Positions 40,601 to 55,600 of a stretch of 64,000 nucleotides of DNA are shown here, piece after piece. The stretch's first letter is position 1; each line of letters opens with the position of its first letter. Both the position numbers and the translations under genes were made by a program. The notes under the pieces are model-generated. The model ran no database searches. It was not told the origin of the DNA and saw only the letters and a list, made by a program, of their open reading frames with translations. The DNA is from Eledone cirrhosa (Eukaryota): contig OZ024740.1 in the NCBI GenBank assembly GCA_964016885.1, positions 204,042,001 to 204,106,000 on the forward strand, in the 5' to 3' direction.

Positions 40601-43600
40601 ATTCCACTGTCAGGATGTGTTGTATCTACAGATATAGAGATATATACTGGACAGTAGAGAGACGTTACACTATGTCCCCTACCGTTGAATACCAATGTCA
40701 GGGTGTGTTGTATCTACAAGTATAGAGATATACACTGGACAGTAGAGAGACGTTACACTATGTCCCCTACCATACAATACCACTGTCAGGGTGTGTTGTA
40801 TCTACAGGTATAGAGATATATACTGGATAGTAGAGAGACGTTACACTATGTCCCCTACCATTGAATACCACTGTCAGGGTGTGTTGTATCTACAGATATA
40901 GAGATATATACTGGATAGTAGAGAGACGTTACACTATGTCCCCTACCATTGAATACCACTGTCAGGGTATGTTGTATCTACAGGTATAGAGATATATACT
41001 GGATAGTAGAGAGACGTTACACTATGTCCCCTACCATTGAATACCACTGTCAGGGTGTGTTGTATCTACAGATATAGAGATATATACTGGACAGTAGAGA
41101 GACGTTACACTATGTCCCCTACCATTGAATACCACTGTCAGGGTGTGTTGTATCTACAATTATAGAGATATATACTGGACAGTAGAGAGACGTTACACTA
41201 TGTCCCCTACCATTGAATACCACTGTCAGGGTGTGTTGTATCTACAGATGTAAAGATATATACTGGACAGTAGAGAGACGTTACACTATGTCCCCTACCA
41301 TACAATACCACTGTCAGGGTGTGTTGTATCTACAGGTATAGAGATATATACTGGATAGTAGAGAGACGTTACACTATGTCCCCTACCATTGAATACCACT
41401 GTCAGGGTATGTTGTATCTACAGGTATAGAGATATATACTGGATAGTAGAGAGACGTTACACTATGTCCCCTACCATTGAATACCACTGTCAGGGTGTGT
41501 TGTATCTACAGATATAGAGATATATACTGGACAGTAGAGAGACGTTACACTATGTCCCCTACCATTGAATACCACTGTCAGGGTGTGTTGTATCTACAAT
41601 TATAGAGATATATACTGGACAGTAGAGAGACGTTACACTATGTCCCCTACCATTGAATACCACTGTCAGGGTGTGTTGTATCTACAGATATAGAGATATA
41701 TACAGGACAGTAGAGAGATGTTACACTATGTCCCCTACCATTGAATACCACTGTCAGGGTGTGTTGTATCTACAGATGTAAAGATATATACTGGACAGTA
41801 GAGAGACGTTACACTATGTCCCCTACCATTCAATACCACTGTCTGGGTGTGTTGTATCTAGAGATGTAGAGATATATACTGAACAGTAGAGAAACGTTAC
41901 ACTATGTCCCCTACCATTCAATACCACTATCAGGGTGTGTTGTATCTACAGGTATAGAGATATATACTTGATAGTAGAGAGACGTTACACTATGTCCCCT
42001 ACCATTGAATACCACTGTCTGGGTGTGTTGTATCTACAAGTATAGAGATATATACTGGATAGTACCGAGACGTAACACTATGTCCCCTAACATTGAATAC
42101 CACTGTCAGGGTGTGTTGTATCTACAGATGTAGAGATATATACTGGACAGTAGAGGGGTTACACTATGTCCCCTACCATTGAATTCCACTGTCAGGGTGT
42201 GTTGTATCTACAGATATAGAGATATATACTGGACAGTAGAGAGACGTTACACTATGTCCCCTACCATTGAATACCACTGTCTGGGTGTGTTGTATCTACA
42301 AGTATAGAGATATATACTGGACAGTAGAGAGACGTTACACTATGTCCCCTACCATTGAATACCACTGTCTGGGTGTGTTGTATCTACAAGTATAGAGATA
42401 TATACTGGACAGTAGAGAGACGTTACACTATGTCCCCTACCATGGAATACCACTGTCAGGGTGTGTTGTATCAACAGATGTAGAGATATATACTGGACAG
42501 TAGAGACACGTTACACTATGTCCCCTACCATTGAATACCACTGTCAGGGTGTGTTGTATCTACAGATGTAAAGATATATACTGGACAGTAGAGAGACGTT
42601 ACACTATGTCCCCTACCATTCAATATCACTGTCTGGGTGTGTTGTATCTACAGATATAGAGATATATACTGGATAGTAGAGAGACGTTACACTATGTCCC
42701 CTACCATTGAATACCACTGTCAGGGTATGTTGTATCTACAGGTATAGAGATATATACTGGATAGTAGAGAGACGTTACACTATGTCCCCTACCATTGAAT
42801 ACCCCTGTCAGGGTGTGTTGTATCTACAGATATAGAGATATATACTGGACAGTAGAGAGACGTTACACTATGTCCCCTACCATTGAATACCACTGTCAGG
42901 GTGTGTTGTATCTACAATTATAGAGATATATACTGGACAGTAGAGAGACGTTACACTATGTCCCCTACCATTGAATACCACTGTCAGGGTGTGTTGTATC
43001 TACAGATATAGAGATATATACAGGACAGTAGAGAGATGTTACACTATGTCCCCTACCATTGAATACCACTGTCAGGGTGTGTTGTATCTACAGATGTAAA
43101 GATATATACTGGACAGTAGAGAGACGTTACACTATGTCCCCTACCATACAATACCACTGTCAGGGTGTGTTGTATCTACAGGTATAGAGATATATACTGG
43201 ATAGTAGAGAGACGTTACACTATGTCCCCTACCATTGAATACCACTGTCAGGGTATGTTGTATCTACAGGTATAGAGATATATACTGGATAGTAGAGAGA
43301 CGTTACACTATGTCCCCTACCATTGAATACCACTGTCAGGGTGTGTTGTATCTACAGATATAGAGATATATACTGGACAGTAGAGAGACGTTACACTATG
43401 TCCCATACCATTGAATACCACTGTCAGGGTGTGTTGTATCTACAATTATAGAGATATATACTGGACAGTAGAGAGACGTTACACTATGTCCCCTACCATT
43501 GAATACCACTGTCAGGGTGTGTTGTATCTACAGATATAGAGATATATACAGGACAGTAGAGAGATGTTACACTATGTCCCCTACCATTGAATACCACTGT

Positions 43601-46600
43601 CAGGGTGTGTTGTATCTACAGATGTAAAGATATATACTGGACAGTAGAGAGACGTTACACTATGTCCCCTACCATTCAATACCACTGTCTGGGTGTGTTG
43701 TATCTAGAGATGTAGAGATATATACTGAACAGTAGAGAGACGTTACACTATGTCCCCTACCATACAATACCACTGTCAGGGTGTGTTGTATCTACAGGTA
43801 TAGAGATATATACTTGATAGTAGAGAGACGTTACACTATGTCCCCTACCATTGAATACCACTGTCTGGGTGTGTTGTATCTACAAGTATAGAGATATATA
43901 CTGGATAGTACCGAGACGTTACACTATGTCCCCTACCATTGAATACCACTGTCAGGGTGTGTTGTGTCTACAAGTATAGAGATATACACTGGACAGTAGA
44001 GAGACGTTACACTATGTCCCCTACCATACAATACCACTGTCAGGGTGTGTTGTATCTACAGGTATAGAGATATATACTGGATAGTAGAGAGACGTTACAC
44101 TATGTCCCCTACCATTGAATACCACTGTCAGGGTGTGTTGTATCTACAGGTATAAAGATATATACTGGACAGTAGAGAGACGTTACACTATGTTCCCTAC
44201 CATTCAATACCACTGTCATGGTGTGTTGTATCTACAGATGTACAGATATATACTGGTCATTAGAGAGACGTTACACTATGTCTCTTACCATGGAATACCA
44301 CTGTCAGGGTGTATTGTATCTACAGGTATAGAGATATATACTGGACAGTAGAGAGACGTTACACTATGTCCCCTATCATTGAATACCACTGTCAGGGTGT
44401 GTTGTATCTACAGATGTAGAGATATATACTGGACAGTAGAGGGGTTACACTATGTCCCGTACCATTGAATTCCACTGTCAGGATGTGTTGTATCTACAGA
44501 TATAGAGATATATACTGGACAGTAGAGAGACGTTACACTATGTCCCCTACCATTGAATACCAATGTCAGGGTGTGTTGTATCTACAAGTATAGAGATATA
44601 CACTGGACAGTAGAGAGACGTTACACTATGTCCCCTACCATACAATACCACTGTCAGGGTGTGTTGTATCTACAGGTATAGAGATATATACTGGATAGTA
44701 GAGAGACGTTACACTATGTCCCCTACCATTGAATACCACTGTCAGGGTGTGTTGTATCTACAGATATAGAGATATATACTGGATAGTAGAGAGACGTTAC
44801 ACTATGTCCCCTACCATTGAATACCACTGTCAGGGTATGTTGTATCTACAGGTATAGAGATATATACTGGATAGTAGAGAGACGTTACACTATGTCCCCT
44901 ACCATTGAATACCACTGTCAGGGTGTGTTGTATCTACAGATATAGAGATATATACTGGACAGTAGAGAGACGTTACACTATGTCCCCTACCATTGAATAC
45001 CACTGTCAGGGTGTGTTGTATCTACAATTATAGAGATATATACTGGACAGTAGAGAGACGTTACACTATGTCCCCTACCATTGAATACCACTGTCAGGGT
45101 GTGTTGTATCTACAGATGTAAAGATATATACTGGACAGTAGAGAGACGTTACACTATGTCCCCTACCATACAATACCACTGTCAGGGTGTGTTGTATCTA
45201 CAGGTATAGAGATATATACTGGATAGTAGAGAGACGTTACACTATGTCCCCTACCATTGAATACCACTGTCAGGGTATGTTGTATCTACAGGTATAGAGA
45301 TATATACTGGATAGTAGAGAGACGTTACACTATGTCCCCTACCATTGAATACCACTGTCAGGGTGTGTTGTATCTACAGATATAGAGATATATACTGGAC
45401 AGTAGAGAGATGTTACACTATGTCCCCTACCATTGAATACCACTGTCAGGGTGTGTTGTATCTACAATTATAGAGATATATACTGGACAGTAGAGAGACG
45501 TTACACTATGTCCCCTATCATTGAATACCACTGTCAGGGTGTGTTGTATCTATAGATATAGAGATATATACAGGACAGTAGAGAGATGTTACACTATGTC
45601 CCCTACCATTGAATACCACTGTCAGGGTGTGTTGTATCTACAGATGTAAAGATATATACTGGACAGTAGAGAGACGTTACACTATGTCCCCTACCATTCA
45701 ATACCACTGTCTGGGTGTGTTGTATATAGAGATGTAGAGATATATACTGAACAGTAGAGAAACGTTACACTATGTCCCCTACCATTCAATACCACTATCA
45801 GGGTGTGTTGTATCTACAGGTATAGAGATATATACTTGATAGTAGAGAGACGTTACACTATGTCCCCTACCATTGAATACCACTGTCTGGGTGTGTTGTA
45901 TCTACAAGTATAGAGATATATACTGGATAGTACCGAGACGTAACACTATGTCCCCTAACATTGAATACCACTGTCAGGGTGTGTTGTATCTACAGATGTA
46001 GAGATATATACTGGACAGTAGAGGGGTTACACTATGTCCCCTACCATTGAATTCCACTGTCAGGGTGTGTTGTATCTACAGATATAGAGATATATACTGG
46101 ACAGTAGAGAGACGTTACACTATGTCCCCTACCATTGAATACCACTGTCTGGGTGTGTTGTATCTACAAGTATAGAGATATATACTGGACAGTAGAGAGA
46201 CGTTACACTATGTCCCCTACCATGGAATACCACTGTCAGGGTGTGTTGTATCAACAGATGTAGAGATATATACTGGACAGTAGAGACACGTTACACTATG
46301 TCCCCTACCATTGAATACCACTGTCAGGGTGTGTTGTATCTACAGATGTAAAGATATATACTGGACAGTAGAGAGACGTTACACTATGTCCCCTACCATT
46401 CAATATCACTGTCTGGGTGTGTTGTATCTACAGATGTAGAGATATATACTGAACAGTAGAGAGACGTTACACTATGTCCCCTACCATTCAATACCATTGT
46501 CAGGGTGTGTTGTATCTACAGGTATAGAGATATATACTGGATAGTAGAGAGACGTTACACTATGTCCCCTACCATTGAATACCACTGTCTGGGTGTGTTG

Positions 46601-49600
46601 TATCTACAAGTATAGAGATATATACTGGATAGTAGCGAGACGTTCCACTATGTCCTCTACCATTGAATACCACTGTCAGGGTGTGTTATATCTACAGATG
46701 TAGAGATATATACTGGTCATTAGAGAGACGTTACACTATGTCTCTTACCATGGAATACCACTGTCAGGGTGTATTGTATCTACAGGTATAGAGATATATA
46801 CTGGACAGTAGAGAGACGTTACACTATGTCCCCTATCATTGAATACCACTGTCAGGGTGTGTTGTATCTACAGATGTAGAGATATATACTGGACAGTAGA
46901 GGGGTTACACTATGTCCCGTACCATTGAATTCCACTGTCAGGATGTGTTGTATCTACAGATATAGAGATATATACTGGGCAGTAGAGAGACGTTACACTA
47001 TGTCCCCTACCATTGAATACCAATGTCAGGGTGTGTTGTATCTACAAGTATAGAGATATACACTGGACAGTAGAGAGACGTTACACTATGTCCCCTACCA
47101 TACAATACCACTATCAGGGTGTGTTGTATCTACAGGTATAGAGATATATACTGGATAGTAGAGAGACGTTACACTATGTCCCCTACCATTGAATACCACT
47201 GTCAGGGTGTGTTGTATCTACAGATATAGAGATATATACTGGATAGTAGAGAGACGTTACACTATGTCCCCTACCATTGAATACCACTGTCAGGGTATGT
47301 TGTATCTACAGGTATAGAGATATATACTGGATAGTAGAGAGACGTTACACTATGTCCCCTACCATTGAATACCACTGTCAGGGTGTGTTGTATCTACAGA
47401 TATAGAGATATATACTGGACAGTAGAGAGACGTTACACTATGTCCCCTACCATTGAATACCACTGTCAGGGTGTGTTGTATCTACAATTATAGAGATATA
47501 TACTGGACAGTAGAGAGACGTTACACTATGTCCCCTACCATACAATACCACTGTCAGGGTGTGTTGTATCTACAGGTATAGAGATATATACTGGATAGTA
47601 GAGAGACGTTACACTATGTCCCCTACCATTGAATACCACTGTCAGGGTGTGTTGTATCTACAGGTATAAAGATATATACTGGACAGTAGAGAGACGTTAC
47701 ACTATGTTCCCTACCATTCAATACCACTGTCATGGTGTGTTGTATCTACAGATGTACAGATATATACTGGTCATTAGAGAGACGTTACACTATGTCTCTT
47801 ACCATGGAATACCACTGTCAGGGTGTATTGTATCTACAGGTATAGAGATATATACTGGACAGTAGAGAGACGTTACACTATGTCCCCTATCATTGAATAC
47901 CACTGTCAGGGTGTGTTGTATCTACAGATGTAGAGATATATACTGGACAGTAGAGGGGTTACACTATGTCCCGTACCATTGAATTCCACTGTCAGGATGT
48001 GTTGTATCTACAGATATAGAGATATATACTGGACAGTAGAGAGACGTTACACTATGTCCCCTACCATTGAATACCAATGTCAGGGTGTGTTGTATCTACA
48101 AGTATAGAGATATACACTGGACAGTAGAGAGACGTTACACTATGTCCCCTACCATACAATACCACTGTCAGGGTGTGTTGTATCTACAGGTATAGAGATA
48201 TATACTGGATAGTAGAGAGACGTTACACTATGTCCCCTACCATTGAATACCACTGTCAGGGTGTGTTGTATCTACAGATATAGAGATATATACTGGATAG
48301 TAGAGAGACGTTACACTATGTCCCCTACCATTGAATACCACTGTCAGGGTATGTTGTATCTACAGGTATAGAGATATATACTGGATAGTAGAGAGACGTT
48401 ACACTATGTCCCCTACCATTGAATACCACTGTCAGGGTGTGTTGTATCTACAGATATAGAGATATATACTGGACAGTAGAGAGACGTTACACTATGTCCC
48501 CTACCATTGAATACCACTGTCAGGGTGTGTTGTATCTACAATTATAGAGATATATACTGGACAGTAGAGAGACGTTACACTATGTCCCCTACCATTGAAT
48601 ACCACTGTCAGGGTGTGTTGTATCTACAGATGTAAAGATATATACTGGACAGTAGAGAGACGTTACACTATGTCCCCTACCATACAATACCACTGTCAGG
48701 GTGTGTTGTATCTACAGGTATAGAGATATATACTGGATAGTAGAGAGACGTTACACTATGTCCCCTACCATTGAATACCACTGTCAGGGTATGTTGTATC
48801 TACAGGTATAGAGATATATACTGGATAGTAGAGAGACGTTACACTATGTCCCCTACCATTGAATACCACTGTCAGGGTGTGTTGTATCTACAGATATAGA
48901 GATATATACTGGACAGTAGAGAGATGTTACACTATGTCCCCTACCATTGAATACCACTGTCAGGGTGTGTTGTATCTACAATTATAGAGATATATACTGG
49001 ACAGTAGAGAGACGTTACACTATGTCCCCTACCATTGAATACCACTGTCAGTGTGTGTTGTATCTATAGATATAGAGATATATACAGGACAGTAGAGAGA
49101 TGTTACACTATGTCCCCTACCATTGAATACCACTGTCAGGGTGTGTTGTATCTACAGATGTAAAGATATATACTGGACAGTAGAGAGACGTTACACTATG
49201 TCCCCTACCATTCAATACCACTGTCTGGGTGTGTTGTATATAGAGATGTAGAGATATATACTGAACAGTAGAGAAACGTTACACTATGTCCCCTACCATT
49301 CAATACCACTATCAGGGTGTGTTGTATCTACAGGTATAGAGATATATACTTGATAGTAGAGAGACGTTACACTATGTCCCCTACCATTGAATACCACTGT
49401 CTGGGTGTGTTGTATCTACAAGTATAGAGATATATACTGGATAGTACCGAGACGTAACACTATGTCCCCTAACATTGAATACCACTGTCAGGGTGTGTTG
49501 TATCTACAGATGTAGAGATATATACTGGACAGTAGAGGGGTTACACTATGTCCCCTACCATTGAATTCCACTGTCAGGGTGTGTTGTATCTACAGATATA

Positions 49601-52600
49601 GAGATATATACTGGACAGTAGAGAGACGTTACACTATGTCCCCTACCATTGAATACCACTGTCTGGGTGTGTTGTATCTACAAGTATAGAGATATATACT
49701 GGACAGTAGAGAGACGTTACACTATGTCCCCTACCATGGAATACCACTGTCAGGGTGTGTTGTATCAACAGATGTAGAGATATATACTGGACAGTAGAGA
49801 CACGTTACACTATGTCCCCTACCATTGAATACCACTGTCAGGGTGTGTTGTATCTACAGATGTAAAGATATATACTGGACAGTAGAGAGACGTTACACTA
49901 TGTCCCCTATCATTGAACACCACTGTCAGGGTGTGTTGTATCTACAGATGTAGAGATATATACTGAACAGTAGAGAGACGTTACACTATGTCCCCTACCA
50001 TTCAATACCATTGTCAGGGTGTGTTGTATCTACAGGTATAGAGATATATACTGGATAGTAGAGAGACGTTACACTATGTCCCCTACCATTGAATACCACT
50101 GTCTGGGTGTGTTGTATCTACAAGTATAGAGATATATACTGGATAGTAGCGAGACGTTCCACTATGTCCTCTACCATTGAATACCACTGTCAGGGTGTGT
50201 TATATCTACAGATGTAGAGATATATACTGGTCATTAGAGAGACGTTACACTATGTCTCTTACCATGGAATACCACTGTCAGGGTGTATTGTATCTACAGG
50301 TATAGAGATATATACTGGACAGTAGAGAGACGTTACACTATGTCCCCTATCATTGAATACCACTGTCAGGGTGTGTTGTATCTACAGATGTAGAGATATA
50401 TACTGGACAGTAGAGGGGTTACACTATGTCCCGTACCATTGAATTCCACTGTCAGGATGTGTTGTATCTACAGATATAGAGATATATACTGGGCAGTAGA
50501 GAGACGTTACACTATGTCCCCTACCATTGAATACCAATGTCAGGGTGTGTTGTATCTACAAGTATAGAGATATACACTGGACAGTAGAGAGACGTTACAC
50601 TATGTCCCCTACCATACAATACCACTATCAGGGTGTGTTGTATCTACAGGTATAGAGATATATACTGGATAGTAGAGAGACGTTACACTATGTCCCCTAC
50701 CATTGAATACCACTGTCAGGGTGTGTTGTATCTACAGATATAGAGATATATACTGGATAGTAGAGAGACGTTACACTATGTCCCCTACCATTGAATACCA
50801 CTGTCAGGGTATGTTGTATCTACAGGTATAGAGATATATACTGGATAGTAGAGAGACGTTACACTATGTCCCCTACCATTGAATACCACTGTCAGGGTGT
50901 GTTGTATCTACAGATATAGAGATATATACTGGACAGTAGAGAGACGTTACACTATGTCCCCTACCATTGAATACCACTGTCAGGGTGTGTTGTATCTACA
51001 ATTATAGAGATATATACTGGACAGTAGAGAGACGTTACACTATGTCCCCTACCATTGAATACCACTGTCAGGGTGTGTTGTATCTACAGATATAGAGATA
51101 TATACAGGACAGTAGAGAGATGTTACACTATGTCCCCTACCATTGAATACCACTGTCAGGGTGTGTTGTATCTACAGATGTAAAGATATATACTGGACAG
51201 TAGAGAGACGTTACACTATGTCCCCTACCATACAATACCACTGTCAGGGTGTGTTGTATCTACAGGTATAGAGATATATACTGGATAGTAGAGAGACGTT
51301 ACACTATGTCCCCTACCATTGAATACCACTGTCAGGGTATGTTGTATCTACAGGTATAGAGATATATACTGGATAGTAGAGAGACGTTACACTATGTCCC
51401 CTACCATTGAATACCACTGTCAGGGTGTGTTGTATCTACAGATATAGAGATATATACTGGACAGTAGAGAGACGTTACACTATGTCCCATACCATTGAAT
51501 ACCACTGTCAGGGTGTGTTGTATCTACAATTATAGAGATATATACTGGACAGTAGAGAGACGTTACACTATGTCCCCTACCATTGAATACCACTGTCAGG
51601 GTGTGTTGTATCTACAGATATAGAGATATATACAGGACAGTAGAGAGATGTTACACTATGTCCTCTACCATTGAATACCACTGTCAGGGTGTGTTGTATC
51701 TACAGATGTAAAGATATATACTGGACAGTAGAGAGACGTTACACTATGTCCCCTACCATTCAATACCACTGTCTGGGTGTGTTGTATCTAGAGATGTAGA
51801 GATATATACTGAACAGTAGAGAGACGTTACACTATGTCCCCTACCATACAATACCACTGTCAGGGTGTGTTGTATCTACAGGTATAGAGATATATACTTG
51901 ATAGTAGAGAGACGTTACACTATGTCCCCTACCATTGAATACCACTGTCTGGGTGTGTTGTATCTACAGGTATAAAGATATATACTGGACAGTAGAGAGA
52001 CGTTACACTATGTTCCCTACCATTCAATACCACTGTCATGGTGTGTTGTATATACAGGTATAGAAATATATACTGGACAGTAGAGAGACGTTACACTATG
52101 TCCCCTACCATTGAATACCACTGTCAGGGTGTGTTGTATCTACAGATGTAGAGATATATACTGGACAGTAGAGGGGTTACACTATGTTCCCTACCATTCA
52201 ATACCACTGTCAGGGTGTGTTGTATCTACAGATATAGAGATATATACTGGACAGTAGAGAGACGTTACACTATGTCCCTACCATTGAATACCACTGTCAG
52301 GGTGTGTTGTATCTACAGATATAGAGATATATACTGGACAGTAGAGGGGTTACACTATGTCCCCTACCATGGAATACCACTGTCAGGGAGTATTGTATCT
52401 ACAGATATAGAGATATATACTGGACAGTAGAGAGACGTTACACTATGTCCCCTACCATTGAATACCACTGTCAGGGTGTGTTGTATCTACAGATATAGAG
52501 ATATATACTGGACAGTAGAGGGGTTACACTATGTCCCCTACCATTGAATACCACTGTCATGGTGTGTTGTATCTACAGATATAGAGATATATACTGGACA

Positions 52601-55600
52601 GTAGAGATACGTTACACTATGTACCCTAACATGGAATACCACTGTCAGGGTGTGTTGTATCTACAGATATAGAGATATATACTGGATAAAAGAGAGACGT
52701 TACACTATGTCCCCTATCATTGAACACCACTGTCAGGGTGTGTTGTATCTACAGATGTAGAGATATATACTGGGCAGTAGAGAGACGTTACACTATGTCC
52801 CCTACCATTGAATACCACTGTCAGGGTTTGTTGTATCTACAGCTATAGAGATATACACTGGACAGTAGAGAGATGTTATACTATGTCCCCTAAAATGGAA
52901 TACTACTGTCAGGGTGTGTTGTATCTACAAGTATAGAGATATACACTGGACAGTAGAGAGACGTTACACTATGTCCCCTACCATTGAATACCACTGTCAG
53001 GGTGTGTTGTATCTACAGATATAGAGATATATACTGGACAGTAGAGAGACGTTACACTATGTCCCCTACCATTGAATACCAATGTCAGGGTGTGTTGTAT
53101 CTACAAGTATAGAAATATACACTGGACAGTAGAGAGACGTTACACTATGCTCCCTACCATACAATACCACTGTCAGGGTGTGTTGTATCTACAGGTATAG
53201 AGATATATACTGGATAGTAGAGAGACGTTACACTATGTTCACTACCATTGAATACCACTGTCAGGGTGTGTTGTATCTACAGGTATAGAGATATATACTG
53301 GACAGTAGAGAGACGTTACACTATGTCCCCAACCATTCAATACCACTGTCAGGGTGTTTGTATCTACAGGTATAGAGATATATACCGGATAGTAGAGAGA
53401 CGTTACACTATGTCCCCTACCATTGAATACCACTGCCAGGGTGTGTTGTATCTACAGATATAGAGATATATACTGGACAGTAGAGAGACGTTACACTATG
53501 TCCCCTACCATTGAATACCACTGTCTGGGTGTGTTGTATCTACAGATATAGAGATATATACTGGACAGTAGAGAGACGTTACACTATGTCCCCTACCATT
53601 GAATACCACTGTCTGGGTGTGTTGTATCTACAGATGTAGAGATATATACTGGACAGTAGAGAGACGTTACACTATGTCCCCTACCATTGAATACCACTGT
53701 CTGGGTGTGTTGTATCTACAGATGTAGAGATATATACTGGACAGTAGAGAGACGTTACACTATGTCCCCTACCATTGAATACCACTGTCAGGGTGTGTTG
53801 TATCTACAGATGTAGAGATATATACTGGACAGTAGAGAGACGTTACACTATGTCCCCTACCATTGAATACCACTGTCAGGGTGTGTTGTATCTACAAGTA
53901 TAGAGATATATACTGGACAGTAGAGAGACGTTACACTATGTCCCCTACCATGGAATACCACTGTCAGGGTGTGTTGTATCTACAGATATAGAGATATATA
54001 CTGGACAGTAGAGAGACGTTACACTATGTACCCTAACATGGAATACCACTGTCAGGGTGTGTTGTATCTACAGATATAGAGATATATACTGGATAAAAGA
54101 GAGACGTTACACTATGTCCCCTATCATTGAACACCACTGTCAGGGTGTGTTGTATCTACAGATGTAGAGATATATACTGGGCAGTAGAGAGACGTTACAC
54201 TATGTCCCCTACCATTGAATACCACTGTCAGGGTTTGTTGTATCTCCAGCTATAGAGATATACACTGGACAGTAGAGAGATGTTATACTATGTCCCCTAA
54301 AATGGAATACTACTGTCAGGGTGTGTTGTATCTACAAGTATAGAGATATACACTGGACAGTAGAGAGACGTTACACTATGTCCCCTACCATTGAATACCA
54401 CTGTCAGGGTGTGTTGTATCTACAGATATAGAGATATATACTGGACAGTAGAAAGACGTTACACTATGTCCCCTACCATTGAATACCAATGTCAGGGTGT
54501 GTTGTATCTACAAGTATAGAAATATACACTGGACAGTAGAGAGATTTTACACTATGTCCCCTACCATACAATACCACTGTCATGGTGTGTTGTATCTACA
54601 GGTATAGAGATATATACTGGATAGTAGAGAGACGTTACACTATGTCCACTACCATTGAATACCACTGTCAGGGTGTGTTGTATCTACAGGTATAGAGATA
54701 TATACTGGACAGTAGAGAGACGTTACACTATGTCCCCTACCATTCAATACCACTGTCAGGGTGTTTGTATCTACAGGTATAGAGATATATACCGGATAGT
54801 AGAGAGACGTTACACTATGTCCACTACCATTGAATACCACTGTCAGGGTGTGTTGTATCTACAGATATAGAGATATATACTGGACAGTAGAGAGACGTTA
54901 CACTATGTCCCCTACCATTGAATACCACTGTCTGGGTGTGTTGTATCTACAGATATAGAGATATATACTGGACAGTAGAGAGACGTTACATTATGTCCCC
55001 TACCATTGAATACCACTGTCACGGTGTGTTGTATCTACAAGTATAGAGATATACACTGGACAGTAGAGAGACGTTACTCTATGTCCCCTAACATTGAATA
55101 CCACTGTCAGGGTGTTTTGTATCTACAGGTATAGAGATATATACTGGACAGTAGAGGGGTTACACTATGTCCCCTACCATTGAATACCACTGTCAGGGTG
55201 TGTTGTATCTACAGAAATAGAGATATATACTGGACAGTAGAGGGGTTACACTATGTCCCCTACCATTGAATACCACTGTCAGGGTGTGTTGTATCTACAG
55301 GTATAGAGATATACACTGGACAGTAGAGAGACGTTACATTATGTCCCCTACCATTGAATACCACTGTCAGGGTGTGTTGTATCTACAGATATAGAGATAT
55401 ATACTGGACAGTAGAGGGGTTACACTATGTCCCCTACCATGGAATACCACTGTCAGGGTGTGTTGTATCTACAGATATAGAGATATATACTGGACAGTAG
55501 AGAGACGTTACACTATGTCCCCTACCATTGAATACCACTGTCAGGGTGTGTTGTATCTACAGATATAGAGATATATACTGGACAGTAGAGGGGTTACACT

